The notes beneath the pieces are model-generated. The model was not told the DNA's origin. It saw only the letters and a list, made by a program, of their open reading frames with translations, and ran no database searches. Shown here in pieces: positions 51,401 to 64,000 of a stretch of DNA of 64,000 bases (within the stretch, counting starts at the first letter, position 1; each line of letters opens with the position of its first letter). The DNA lies in assembly GCA_045837725.1 (NCBI GenBank), contig JBEWZL010000101.1, positions 186,001 to 250,000 on the forward strand, read 5' to 3'. Source of the DNA: Vermamoeba vermiformis. Lineage: Eukaryota. Made by a program: the position numbers and the translations under genes.

Positions 51401-52652
51401 CGTCGAGTTAGTAACTCTCGATACAATAAGTCATTATGTGACGTACTTCTCTTCAATGATTTGTTGGCCCACTTCGAGTGCTATTTTGGCGAAGTCTTCA
51501 GCGATGTCAATGAAGTCTTGAGTGGTGTCAATGTCAGCTATAGGCTCGAGACCACTCGTGGCAATAGGACCCTTCGTGTTAGTGACTTTGTGGTACAGCC
51601 TGTGCGCGGTACATTAGCTCGAGTGTCGTTGTAACAATTATAGCGTACTTGTTCTGCAGACTGAAGTAATCAATGGTCCAGTTCTTCAAGTCAGGCAGGG
51701 GTGTCGGTGTCGAGGTAGAGGCCATGGGCCTAGGCTTCTTGAGGTCATCATCGTGTTTCGTGCTCTTCTTATCAATTGTTGGCTGGTGATAGTTTGCGTT
51801 GTCAATGTACACGCTCTCAGATGTGTCCTCGCTGTGTTCATAACTGTAGCCACTTGCTGTCTCTACGTCAGTCTTATTTACATTGCTAGTATTGATCGTG
51901 TTCTTTAGCGAGTCTTCGTGCTGTGAATTGTCCACGTAGCCATCAGAGCTCTGTTCACTCGTCACTGGTTGTGCGCTCTTGTCTTCACTGTCATGCTGCG
52001 TATTGTCCACATAAGAGCTATTACTATCATCTTCAGCATTGTAGGAATAGCCTGTTACGCCCTCAGAACTTTGCTTGATTGAATTAGATCCGCTAGTGTT
52101 AGCTGTTGAGGGCTTGGGTAGCGAATCAATCTCACTTGAATTATATGAATATCCTGCTGCTGAATCCGATGCACCATTAGAAGCGGTCATATTGTTATTT
52201 ACGGGTGTGGATAAAGGTGCGGATTCGTCAGCTACGTGATTGTACGCGTATCCTGTTGATGAGGCATCTGAACCAAGCTCTTGACTTGATATCAGATTAT
52301 AATTTAATAGTTTAGGTACACCCGTATTCTTGTTCTCTGATGTCACTGTAGTATTTGTTGCAATCTGGAATTCAAAATATGAAGCTGGTCAAAACGAGTG
52401 CCAGTAATACTCAAAATATTAACTATCAATTTATAACATACCAAATCACTACTGTAACGCAGCGCTGTTAATTGTTCTTCGGTGAGCGGTTCACTGTCTT
52501 CGTAAAAATAATACGAGGAATATTTATCGAGTTCATACTCTTCATGCCCATGACTGTCTTCCTATATTTAATAAAATTTCAATTTAATAAATTCACAATT
52601 TAGTTGCAGAAAATGTTGCGGATTTATGAGGCTAATTGAATCAAGTTACCAT
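48437..52652 (-). CDS. Clu-domain (CLU central) protein with a long disordered insert
   Basis: GGIAGGVKYIHRGIFFKLA..KAAAHELKG; IDYRGFRL; LVYGSPDGG; DLEGHIGTDG; HQRGINFRY; first exon appears to be ATG alone. Confidence 0.8.
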
Positions 52653-52771
52653 GCCAGGCGACTGGTACACGAACAGTACAATAAAAGCAACAGAGTATTA
52701 TTGGTTGGTGGTGATGTGGTTAACGAGAGACAAAAAGTCTTTGAGCGCGGGAAATTGCCATAAATTTTCGA

Positions 52772-54581
52772 ATGTCAAGGCAGCAACCACAACAGCGGAA
52801 GAAGAATGTACGGAACGCTGTTCCATAGTATTATCTACTAATTATTACTACAGAATCCTGCGCCAGTAGCGCGGTCTAATGGCAATAGAGGGAAGGATCT
52901 ACCCGCGAACAAAAAAGCACCGATCCAAAACAATAAAAAAGAGGAAAAGCCAGTACCACCTCCTCAAAATAACAATACAAATGTAACGAATACAGTACCA
53001 CCAACACCACAGCCAGCCCCTCCAAAAAAAGAAATAAAGTCGTGGTCAGATCTCTTTGCAAAAGAAAAAGCTGCGTCACAAGCAGCAGAAGAGCAAGCAC
53101 AAACTAGGAAAATATTAGCTGCGATCACTCTCAAAGGTAATATTTTAATATAAAATAATTGTGAAAATTTGATAATTCGCGCTTATTTACCAAACTATTT
53201 TGCGCGTTGACAAACAATTATTATGATTTATTAAATATAATACAGCCGTATAAAAATAATTTCAAAATTGTGGAAGTTATTTCTGAAATTTTTCACACTT
53301 CAGAGGCACTCGACAAGAACCAAGTGGCCCCTGCGCCGATTTATTTCGTGCCTCGTGGATTGAACAACAAAGACACCAAATGTTTTTTGAACGTTTCTGT
53401 GCAGTCTTTAATGGCCTGTCAACCATTTGTGCGCTGGCTCGCAAGTTTGGACAATGTAAATATCACACCCAACGAGTTCCCAGCCCTCGGACGAGTGTAC
53501 GTACCACTGCTTAGCCCTTGATTATCATGTTATTAACCTGTCATTAACAGAGTGCAATTCTTCCGAGAGTTTGAACGCGTTGAACCCAAGCCCAAACCCG
53601 CCGTCAGTGCTTCAAATGCTAAGGGCAACACCGCCAAGAATACGAACAACAGCGGTCCACTCAGTGAAGAGATGATTAAATTAGGCTTTGCATTCACGCC
53701 TGATTACTTGCACGAGCTGTTAACAACCTTCAATCCTATTGCAAGTGATTTTCAAGAAGACACGCAAGAGTTTATGATCTTCTTGCTGGATATGATGCAT
53801 TCAGAGCTGTTACGAGCTGTGGGGCCTAACAAGAAGACCATCACGATATCACAAACTACTGCTGACGAGGACGATGAATGGGAAGAGGTCGGCAAGAAGA
53901 ACAAGAGTGCTGTGGTGATTACGAAAGCCGACACATTTGACGAGTCAAAAATCTCAGAAATGTTCTCGGGCAAAATGCGCAGTATCGTCAACAAGAAAGG
54001 TCAAAAGTCCTCTGCCAGCATTCAGCCCTTCTATTGCTTGCATTTAGACATCGAGGTACGATATAATCAATTTTACTTTAATACAATGTGTCTCATAATA
54101 TGCCTTAAAGTTCCCACAAATCAACAGCGTGGAAGACGCACTCGATTTTTTGATGACAAAGGAGCGCTTAGATGACTTCCACGACTCGAAGAACAAGACT
54201 GAGATTCGTGCCTCGAAGCAAATGTCAATTGAAGTGTTGCCACCAGTGCTCATCTTGCACTTGAAGCGATTCAGCTTTGGTTTGCAAGGTGCTGAGAAGG
54301 TCCAAAAGTCAGTCAGTTACCCGCTCTCGTTGAAGATCCGTCCAGCGTGGCTGTCTAGCGAAAAGAAATATACTGCACAGCAACGTACTTACAGCCTCGT
54401 AGCAGTAGTGTCGCACTTGGGTCAAGAGGTCGCAGGTGGTCATTATACTTGCGATATTAGACAAGCGAATGGCCAATGGTTGTACTTCGACGATCATCGT
54501 GTCACGCGATCTAGTCCTGAAAGCGTTACTAACCGCAAGGCATACATCTTAGTCTATCAAATGAGTACTTACGATGATTGA
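52772..54581 (+). CDS. USP10: Ubiquitin-specific protease, USP10/Ubp3-like
   Basis: KSWSDLF; Cys box PRGLNNKDTKCFLN; QEDTQEF; LHLKRF; His box SHLG...GGHY; FDD. Confidence 0.88.
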
Positions 54582-54746
54582 TGTATGGTGGCTAATGTAC
54601 AGCGAATTCATGCAAATAAAAGGAGTCAGAAAGTTCCTTCGATTCATGAAAAACAGTTCCAACACATTCTCTTTTTTGATTGTTTAGCCAAACAATGTAC
54701 AATATCGCGAGGCTATTGTAAATATTTACTTAATTGATTATTTAAA

Positions 54747-56516
54747 ATGGAGGACGAAAGGCCGCTCTTGATGCGAAGTAAATTCGTAATAATCATTTAT
54801 CAATATAATTATAATTAAATATTATAGGCGTATTGGGTTCGCATAGAAAGCTTGCGAATATACAAGGCGATGAAGAAGATAGCAAGCCTTCGTTAGATCC
54901 AATTGTGCAAGACGTTGAAGAGGAAATCAATCCTCGCAAAGTACACAGGGTACGAAATATTATGAATTATTTTAATATATATATTATTTGATAAAGCCTT
55001 GTCGCTTACGGTATTAACCGATCTGCTATTTTTCGTAGGGACGTCAAGTATTGTGCATTGGTCTTGTAATTTTAGCAGTAGCAGCAGTAGTTGTAGGATG
55101 CATATCTTTAGTATTGTTATTTAGGTACGTCAATCAACTGAGTAACGATCCAGATCTGATCGCAAAATTCAGACACGAGTCTTTACTGCACGGCTATCAC
55201 CGCAATGTCACGCAAGTAGATTATCCAGAGTGGTTGCAAGATGCAATTACCACGACGAATGTTGTCCGCTTGGAAGGTGGCAGACCTATTCGCCTGTCAG
55301 CTAATGCCATTCTCTGGTTAGTACCGGGCCAAGTATAATAGTCAAAGTCATAACACACGCTTTAGGATATTCGAAAAAACAGATTACAATACGAGTTCAG
55401 GCCTGCGGAGCGTGTCTAACTCGGGACTGTTAGCGCGACAAGATCTGATGACGGGTGAAATCACGAGTGCTGCCTTCATTGCCAACGAAGAGGGTCATCC
55501 TCAACCAGTGATTTCACTCACTGACAAGCAAGTGCAGCAAGGGTAAGTCCTTCACCGAATAAGCTAACACTTGCTAACATTGCTTCACAGCTTTGAAGTG
55601 CTGCCCTTGGCAAATGTGTTCGTGGACAACATGCCATTCCAATATCTCGAGGTCGCTAAAGGGCACATGGTCAATGGCACGCGCGAATACATCCACGAGG
55701 CATTTGGATTGAGCTATTACGACAATTTCTTTGACCGCTGCTCGTGCTCACAGAACAGTTCTGCACCCGCACAGCCCACCGTCTATTTCAAGCGCGCATT
55801 CAATGACACAGCTTCGAACAGAGCACGAGGTAAGATTATTGTACTTATACCAACGAATACGATATTGACTGACATGTTTTAGGACCGATGGGCAGTATAT
55901 TGTATCACGGCAAGGTGGACTACATTTACTTCTTCTTCTTGTACGACTTCTACTACAAAGATCAGAAGAACGAAGTCTATGTCGCACGATTGCCTGCAAC
56001 ACCGAGTGAACTCATCAATCCCGAGCTGACGTTCAAGTATGCAATCTCTTTACTGGCCTATAGGTGTGCTAACTCTGTGACAGGTTCTGGAAGGAGGCAG
56101 ATATCTGGGGTGCATTCGATCAAGCCAAGCCAGTGGTCTACGATCACGGCTACGACATTGACTTGGAGTGGAACAGCTACTTGAGTGCTTATGTGATGCT
56201 CGATCCTGGTGTCAGCAACACGATCAGACTGCGCACCTCGCCCGATCCCTACTTGTCGTGGAGCGATGCAGTTGGAGTGTATGATTACACGGGCACAGGG
56301 TACATTGACAGGTACGTCTTGTCGTCTTCTCTACTGACAATATGATTGAACTAATGTGCTCGTTCTCACAGCGCACAATTCCATCCTGAACTGTCCGAGG
56401 ACGCAGGTCGAGTGATCTACCTTACGTACACAGTGGTCGATGAATTAGACTCGCACCGACTGCCCTACCTGCTACGCATCGAGTTCAGCAAAAAGGGTGA
56501 TGGTGGTGTCATTTAA
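54747..56516 (+). CDS. Type II membrane protein with a DUF4185-like beta-propeller
   Basis: Single TM helix near the N-terminus; EWNSYLSAYVM, LRTSPDP..WS, AQFHPEL...IYLTY. Confidence 0.6.
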
Positions 56517-56778
56517 ATCACTTGATATTGTAAATTTCATAATAGTGTTATGTCGCGTCGTTGTGTTTTGCGTGTCGTCACGTTGCGGGTAAAAATTCAG
56601 CGTGGTTTCACCAACTTCTTTTGTTCCCTGTGCAGATCTTGGAGAATAGAACACGTTAATATTTTCCAATAGCAACGTTGTCCTTAGATTAATAGTAAAC
56701 AAAAGATATGACAGATCGAGCGCAGTTCTAAAGGGATTCCAACAAACAAAAGCAAAAATATTAGAAAATATTAGAAAA

Positions 56779-58608
56779 ATGTCCACATCATTTATATCAA
56801 GAGCATTATTACAAAGGCAGTGTCGAGGGGTAATCAAATAATTCAAATAATTTTTACGTTACCATCAAAATTAATAACAAGCCAGGCCTTATAATTATTT
56901 TAAAATAATGAGCATCGTATACTATTTTCTATAATATCCAAAATGTTGATAATTAATTGATGTCGATCTCTGCGATCTAGCAACTGACAACTTTCATAGT
57001 TATTCTCACGACGCAAACGAAGGAATTACTCAACAGATTTACGAGGTGAAGCACTGAAAATAGTTCAACGATTAAAACAACGCACCTTTGAAGAAGCACA
57101 GTCGAATGGATCTACCCCACTCGTTGAAAACAGCACAAATACAGCGAGTGCCACAATCAATGCGGCTGTCAATGCAGCTCTGAATGACATTATGACACCG
57201 CACAGTCCTCACTTGACGCAAGAACAAATCAGAACGCTGCAGCAGAGTATCGCACAAGACGCGGCCAATCTGAAGCAGCACGTGACACAAGCCTTCGAGC
57301 TGTATCACCGCATTGAGCGCCATCAAGACATATTGAAGCAGAGCAATGTCTCAGACATCGGGCCCAACATTCAAGCGTGGCTCAAAAAGAGTGACACGAG
57401 CGATCAAGTGCTGACCATGCACCGCGATCTCATGCAGCAGCTCAGCGTGGACGATATTTTCAACGAGACTGGTGTAACTGAGACACGACCTGAGCCCACC
57501 ACTGCTACGTCGGTCATCAAAGACGCCAACACATTTGCAGCTGTTCTGGGCCTCGAGAAAATGGCCACCTTTCATCACATGTCCACACCTGCTGTCACGA
57601 AACACTTGCAAAGTCTGATGCTTGCAGGTGATGTCAAGCAAGCTGTCGTGCATGCGTCCATTGCACTCGACCAAGTACGTTACTGCTAAATTAAGAAAAC
57701 TTATTTTGACACGCTCTACTAGGTCAAAGCAGCGGACATCAAATTTTTCACCATGTTGTTGTATATATTCAGAGGACGCAAGAACACCATGTTGATTCGC
57801 AAAACAGTTGATCGAATCAAGCGTGAGTTCCCAGACCCCTTGCAATACGACGCCAAGTTGTGCACGCTGTTGCTGCAAGTCTACGGTGAACTCGGTGATC
57901 TCAAACAACTCGCGGCTCTCATGCAAGACATGCGCAGACTTAACATTCCTATTGACATTCATGTGTATAATACTTTGATCAACATCTTCATCAGCTACAA
58001 TGACCGCAACAACGTGCTGCGCATCTTGGAAGAAATGAGAAAGTCGAACATTGAGCCCAACTCCGTGACATTTGCCGCGCTATTGAAGTACTTCGCAGAG
58101 CAAGGTGCGTCAAGTTATAATAGTATAATTATTACGGAGACTAATAGTGCGCAGGTGACATTGACCAGACGATCAGTCTCGCGCTACTGGCCTCCAAACA
58201 AGAGCTGTCACTCGACACCCTTCTGTCCAAGCTGTTGGTCTATTTCACGCGCACTGGTCGACCAGGCACTACCATCAGATTGCTGCGCGAGTTGTATCAA
58301 AACAAATTGAGAATTGGCGTGTCGTTCTACGTGCCAGTAATGCAACGTAAGTCCGTTCATCCTTGACATATTTATCTGACACTTCTTTAGGCTTGCGTGA
58401 GTTGAAAAATATCCGCGACTTGTTGGAAGTGTATGCCATTGCACGAGAGAACGGAGTTGAATTGCCTCAAGAAGCGTACATGTTCGTGCTCGATGTCGCC
58501 ACAGACAAGGACAATCGAGACATGGCGATGTCGGCTTTTGGTTACGGCAGCAAAGAAAAATCAAGCAATAATCTTCTCGACAGAATTCGAGACAAAGTGT
58601 TGAAATAA
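56779..58608 (+). CDS. Pentatricopeptide-repeat (PPR) protein, probably mitochondrial
   Basis: DIHVYNTLINIF...EEMRKSNIEPNSVTFAALLK 35-aa PPR pattern; presequence-like start (tentative). Confidence 0.85.
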
Positions 58609-58641
58609 AATCCGCGTTATTTATTTAAACAGGTTTCTTTT

Positions 58642-60273
58642 TTACTTGTCAGATTCGCCGAATGTGAATACTAAGTGCTCTTCATACTTTTCCTTGTGCA
58701 GCATGTCTTGTACGGCCGTAGCAAAGCCAGTAGGGCCACAAATTAAGATTTGTGTGTCGTCACTTGGTCGCGGCAAATGTTCACGCAATAGCGCACGATT
58801 GATTCTGCCACTGCCGTTAGTCAGGTGCAAGTTGAGTCGTTCTGGGAATTTTGCACTGAGTTGCAGCAATTCATCGCGGAAAATTATGTCTCGTTCGGCG
58901 GAGTTAGCGTAGATGAGTGAAAATTTGGTTTTGTCGTTCGAATTTGCTAGCGCTGTCATGAGCACACTCAGTACTGGTGTGATGCCAGTGCCACCAGCAA
59001 TCAATCCAATAGAGTGATATTCATTGGGGTAAAAATAGAACCCGCCCATGGGTCCCATCATCTCCACGGTGTCACCAATGCTCAGCGAATCGTGCATCCA
59101 CGAAGACATAGCACCATTAGGGTACTTCTTGACAGCCAAGGCAATCGTGCCACTAATATTCATGGCTTGCATCATGTGGTTGTCGTGAGCTCCATTGCCA
59201 AAGTATCGCACGAGTGACGTGACGGGTGTGTAGGGACGAAGGACGAGTTGATTGTTGATGCGCTGTCGTAGCACCACGTGATGGCCAGGGAACATCAGCA
59301 GATTCGCTTTGACGGGCAGTTGAAAGACAAAAAGTGCCGTGTTGTGCGTCAATTCTTGTTTTTGTACGAGTTTGACTGGCACGAAATCGCGTCTGTAAGT
59401 GACGAGCTGATGTTCGTAGTCTTGGTCTTGTGCGTCGAATGGCGCTTTGGGCAGGGAGATGTAATGTGATTCGGTGTTGACTTGATTGCCTCGCTCGCGA
59501 CGAATATGGAATTCTATAATAATGATGGCCAAGGTGAAGAATAAAGGAGCAATAATCGCGAGTCCTTCTCCCGGTTTCAGGCTTGGAGCCATAGCCAGCA
59601 ATGCAACAATAGCGGGTCTCATAGCAACTATTACATAAGACAAAAAGTACGCTCTGAACATCCACTCGCGGTGTCGATCCACATTGTACTGAAATTTAAT
59701 GTAGTACCAGCCAAATGCACCCTGGCAATATGTGTCAGTTACATGTAATATAGCTAATATTCAGGAGTACTTACGCATACACCCCAGCCAATGAACATTA
59801 CAACACCATCGATTGCTAAAGTTAATCCTCCTTCAGTTTCACCGCTGAAGCAGATGATAAATCCACCAATAATAGATATGAATAGACAAGGCAATGCAAT
59901 GTAACCCATCACTCGATGCGCTGTCGGGTTTTTGGCGCGGATGTAAGAGAATTGTTGAAGAGCGCCCAATATAAGCCACACACTTCCGGGAAATGCATGG
60001 ATAAAAAATCCAACTTTACCCCAAAGCCCAGGATAGGCTACTTCTAGGTTGGATATAGGGGGCATGAGCATTAAAATGCCAACGTAACCGATGGCAAACA
60101 GGACGGCCACAACTAACAAGATCCACCGCAGTGCTGCCCACATTCGGAGACGGTGCTGAAGTGGTATATAGACACTTAAGTGCCTTTTAGCTTTTTGCTC
60201 TAAGTGTCAACCGTTAACTACTGTCAGATCTTAACTAATTAAACTTACTTTTAATGTCGTATTCAAAGTTCAT
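58642..60273 (-). CDS. DUF2306-like membrane domain fused to an NADH-cytochrome b5 reductase domain
   Basis: HAFPGSVWLILGALQ...AHRVMGY...HREWMFRAY, then RPYTP, KKYPNGAMS, IAGGTGITP, ICGP. Confidence 0.85.
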
Positions 60274-60712
60274 CTTGTGGCTTTCGTATTAATATTGATT
60301 GGAATAATGCTCGATACACAGTATTAAATTGTAAATTTTCGCAAAATCTGAAACGGACATTTTTTCGCTATTTCGTAAATTTGATCTGGAGTCCACCGAA
60401 TGCACTTTTGGTCTCATATCCGAATTTGACAAAAAAGAAGCTATTATAATATAAGGCCATACTTACGTGGGATTACAAGCGCGCTGTTCCGTCGTACTAT
60501 CATTGCAACTACTTAATTAATTAACGGTTACCGTATTTGGAAAATTTTGTCCTTCTATTACTTCTTGACGTTCGTGAAAGTAGGCGAAAGAGCCGAACAG
60601 ACGCAATCTTACCAAATTGCGCAAAACAATTGTTTTGTGATACTATCCAGGTTTTTCTTGATGCAGAAAAGATTGGGTTTCGGCTAGATCCGTTTTATAC
60701 CTTTTGATGAGC

Positions 60713-63700
60713 TCACTTTGAAGGCTTCTTCACAAAATATTTCTTGACATCAAGCAACTGACCGTTCTCAATCGAGTCCAACAGCCACTTGCTGTGCACA
60801 ACTTTGAGCCGCGCGTTCGTTGCGAGACAGGCGTCGATCATGCCATCCCACTCGTCGTCAGTCACGAGGTGTGTGGCCACTGTGAAGTCGTCGTCTTCTT
60901 TCATCACATCGCCTCCGTCACTGCACAGTTGCGCGTTAGTCACGTGTTTGGCTGGGGCAAGTGTATTACTCACGCTTGAATGGCCCCACTGAGCAGATCC
61001 TTGTCGTTGTCACAGCTGCCATAGAACATGACGTGCACATTCGAGAACAGCTCTTTCTTTTTGCCGCTGGACTTGGCTGTCTTGGCTGGTGTCACATCCA
61101 CTTTGGCTTTCTTTTGAGGTGGTTCATCGCTGTGGTCGTCTTCATCCAGCGGTCGTTTTACCTAACGTCGTATTAGTCAAGAACAATAACACTAGGGTGC
61201 ACGTACTCCCGTCACTTTCTTCGCTGCGGCATTGTTAGCACCGTTGTTGTTGACAGCTTTGACAGGTGACTTGGATCCGAACTCGTACACGTAGACTGCA
61301 ATGCCGTGCGAGGCAAGCGTCTCGTTCAATTTGCGCTCGACTTGTTTCCAGTCCATATTTGGAATAGCAGCATCGAATTTGGGCACGTGCACGGATGTAA
61401 TTTTCTTGTAATCAGCCAGTGATTTCACCTATTTTGTGCGTCAATTAAGTGCACGGTCTTCATGTAAACAGCAATGTACTTACACCAAACAAACACCGCT
61501 CGAATTCTTTGATATCAAATGGAGGAATGCCGCTCTTGGTTTGACTCTGACACACGAGGGACAACACAAACAACTTGCCTTCATCTGCCGTAGTGCGTTA
61601 GTTAGGAGTCAGCATAGTGCATCATTAACGTACCTTGTGCATTGGATACTTTTGATGTGACAATGCTGCCGAGCTTGAGAGTGGCCGTGCTCGTGTAAGC
61701 TTTTTCAGGCTCAGGATAAGCACGTGAAATAGCACCAAAGACACCTCGTTGCGGCCACTTGCCCGAGTTATCTACAATGTGCATGATGGCACGTGCTTCA
61801 TTGGCTTGGTGCACTTGTGGCCGAGTCACATCTCCTTCAACTTTAATGATGGAAGCGTTGTCACTCACATCGGCCATCTCTTCGTCATCGTCGTTAGTGA
61901 TGGTGTTCGCTTTGCTCGTTGCATTGTTGTTGTTATTATTGTTGTTCTTAGCAAACGCTGTGATTTTTGGTTGGTTCTTTGGTGCTGCAGGTGTAGCTTT
62001 GGTCTTGGCGGGTGTTTTTTTCTTTTCTTTGGGCTCATCGTCTTCATCACCATTCTCTTCAATGTCCTCTTCTTCACCTTGCTCCTCTTCTTCTTTCGGA
62101 TCCGAACTAAAATGAAAAATTAGAACATGAACTGCGACAAAAAGGGCACTACTTACTCGACAATAATTGACTTGGAGACAATTAAATCGAACTCCTTGAG
62201 GTTCGTAGCGTTCTCAGGGTCTTTGTCGTCTCTGATTTTAACAATTCTCGGGAATCGAATTGACACTGCATTAGCGGTGTGCTTGATTGATCGAGAGAAA
62301 CTCGTGCCTCGAATTTCAAACACAAATGATCTGTGCAAGGTTAGACTTAATAAAACATCTTCTAGCTACTCACTTTAGCGGGTCTTTCACGACGTAATCA
62401 GGGGCCAGTGTTGAGTTGCAATCGAGCCAATAGGGCACTTTATCTGCTTGGCGCTCAATCTTCTCGAGATCAAATTTGTTTTGAATGTCTTTGAGTGTTT
62501 TCAGATCAAATCCACTGCCTGCCTTGCACACTGTCTTCCACTGCCCAGATTTCTCGTCAAATGTGGCCATTAAGAAAGTCGATAACAAGCCGGCCTAGTC
62601 ACTGAATTAGATTCACTCATCGTGCAAATAATCAGCACGTACCTTGTTGCCCTTGCCATAATACAGACCAACTACTACAAGGTCTACTGAATCAGCCATG
62701 GCACCGCCCTCCAAGTAGTCCTATTTGTCGTTAATAAGGACGTTATGGTAATGACAGCCTGTACCTTTTTCAATTTGAGCCAGTGTCGCATGTTGGGTTT
62801 GTAAATGCCCTTGGTATCTTTGATCACGAGACCTTCAAGGCCATCAGCCATCACACGGCGCATCTCCTTGTCGACTTCTTCAGCTTTAGTGGCCTCGACG
62901 TACTCGCCGATTTCAATTCTGTCTTGGATAACTTTGACATTTTCAGCCAACAACTTCTTTCTCTTGTCGAGGGGTGTATCGATCAAGGACTCGCCGTTGA
63001 GGTACAGAATATCGAAGGCAAAGAAACAGATCGTTGCATTGGTGAATTTCTTCTTTTTGTTCTTGCCGATGGTACCAAACGGCAGCGGTTGATGCTTGAC
63101 TGTGTCCATCAACAGAATTTCACCGTCGAGAATAATCGTCTCTGCTTCAACAGCCTGAGGAAGGGACTCACGGACCTCTTCTACTTTGTCTTCTTTTACT
63201 GGCTTCAAATTACGCGAATAAAATGCCAGTTCGTCGCCGTTCTTGTGGATTTGCACACGTTCACCATCGTATTTGATTTCAACGTACATTCCATTCTTGC
63301 ATCGCTTCACGCACTCCTCGGCACCGTCACAAGGCCTATAGTATATTAGATCGGTAATAATAACGTGGTGAGTGATACGTACTTGGCCAACATGGGCTTG
63401 ATCGGTGACATGACACTCGTGCCCACGCTGAATCCTTTCTTAAGCGCTGGCTTCTTTTTCTTTCCGTTGCCTCCCTCTTCATCCTCTTCGTTATCGTCAT
63501 TATTGTTGTTATTCTCTTCGTCATCAAGTTCTTGTTTTTGAACTTTTTCTATGACTTTCTTCAAGTTATGTGAGTGCGTGTACGCTGAAATAATGTTAGT
63601 CAACAGGTATGTGAATAGAAAGCGAGACCTACCATCGAAAGCCTTTGGATGGAGGGCATTCAGTACGAATTTTGAACCAATATTGATCTTCAAATCGTGT

Positions 63701-64000
63701 GCCATGATTTTGCAGATGAACTTCAGATCCACTAAGAGACGTTAGCTATTGAGCATTGTGATGCGAAAATATCTTACTTGACGTGCACTTAGGTAAGAAT
63801 TTAGCGAAGTGGTGGACTTGATCGTCTTCTTTCGTTATTTTGGTCAATTCCTGGAATAATTGTTAGTGGTTGCTCGCTGTAGCTGCAATCGTACCTCTAA
63901 CCATGTATCAACTTCTTTCAATGTAATTGTACTTCTTTTTGCACTAGTCTCGCTTTCTTCGAAGAACTGCAAAATTGAATTAGAGAAAAATCGGGCAGAT
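60713..64000 (-). CDS. LIG3: DNA ligase III-like ATP-dependent ligase with macrodomain and BRCT; 5' part lies outside the window
   Basis: KPMLA, EIKYDGERVQIHK, ILDGE, GLEGLVIK, RHWLKLKKDYL, SIRFPR..RDDK; C-terminal BRCT (VHSKWLLDSI). Confidence 0.9.

Noticed and set aside
53350-53395. Atypical USP Cys box (GLNNKDTKC) as a pseudoenzyme
   Set aside because: The catalytic Cys, the Asn at -5, and the His and Asp boxes are all retained

Overview
This is compact, intron-rich eukaryotic nuclear DNA, not prokaryotic, so the ORF track shows only exon fragments. About 34 protein-coding genes can be rebuilt by eye across mostly 45-70 nt GT-AG introns with very short intergenic spacers. The gene content (Clu-domain protein, Lig3 with a macrodomain, fungal-type Spt7) suggests an amoebozoan-like protist, which is an inference. 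Most genes are housekeeping: gp78, NXT1, ENY2, UAP56, frataxin, NDPK, SmD2, Spt7, Rac, NDUFS6, DMAP1, DEK, Ubc6, PABPN1, TMEM41, MCCC2, a P4-ATPase, USP10 and Lig3. The most unusual signal is a highly iterated 12-bp palindrome, TGACACGTGTCA. I counted at least 12 exact copies plus many variants, forming discrete islands that invade coding sequence. Other leads are a DUF2306 membrane domain fused to a cytochrome b5 reductase, a U12-type intron in TMEM41/Stasimon, an unusually long UAP56 intron, alternative C-terminal exons on the flippase, an NXT1-ENY2-UAP56 mRNA-export cluster and an intronless orphan ORF. I saw no rRNA, tRNA, CRISPR array or transposon. All gene models are manual, family calls are from recalled motifs rather than database searches, and multi-exon coordinates span start to stop.
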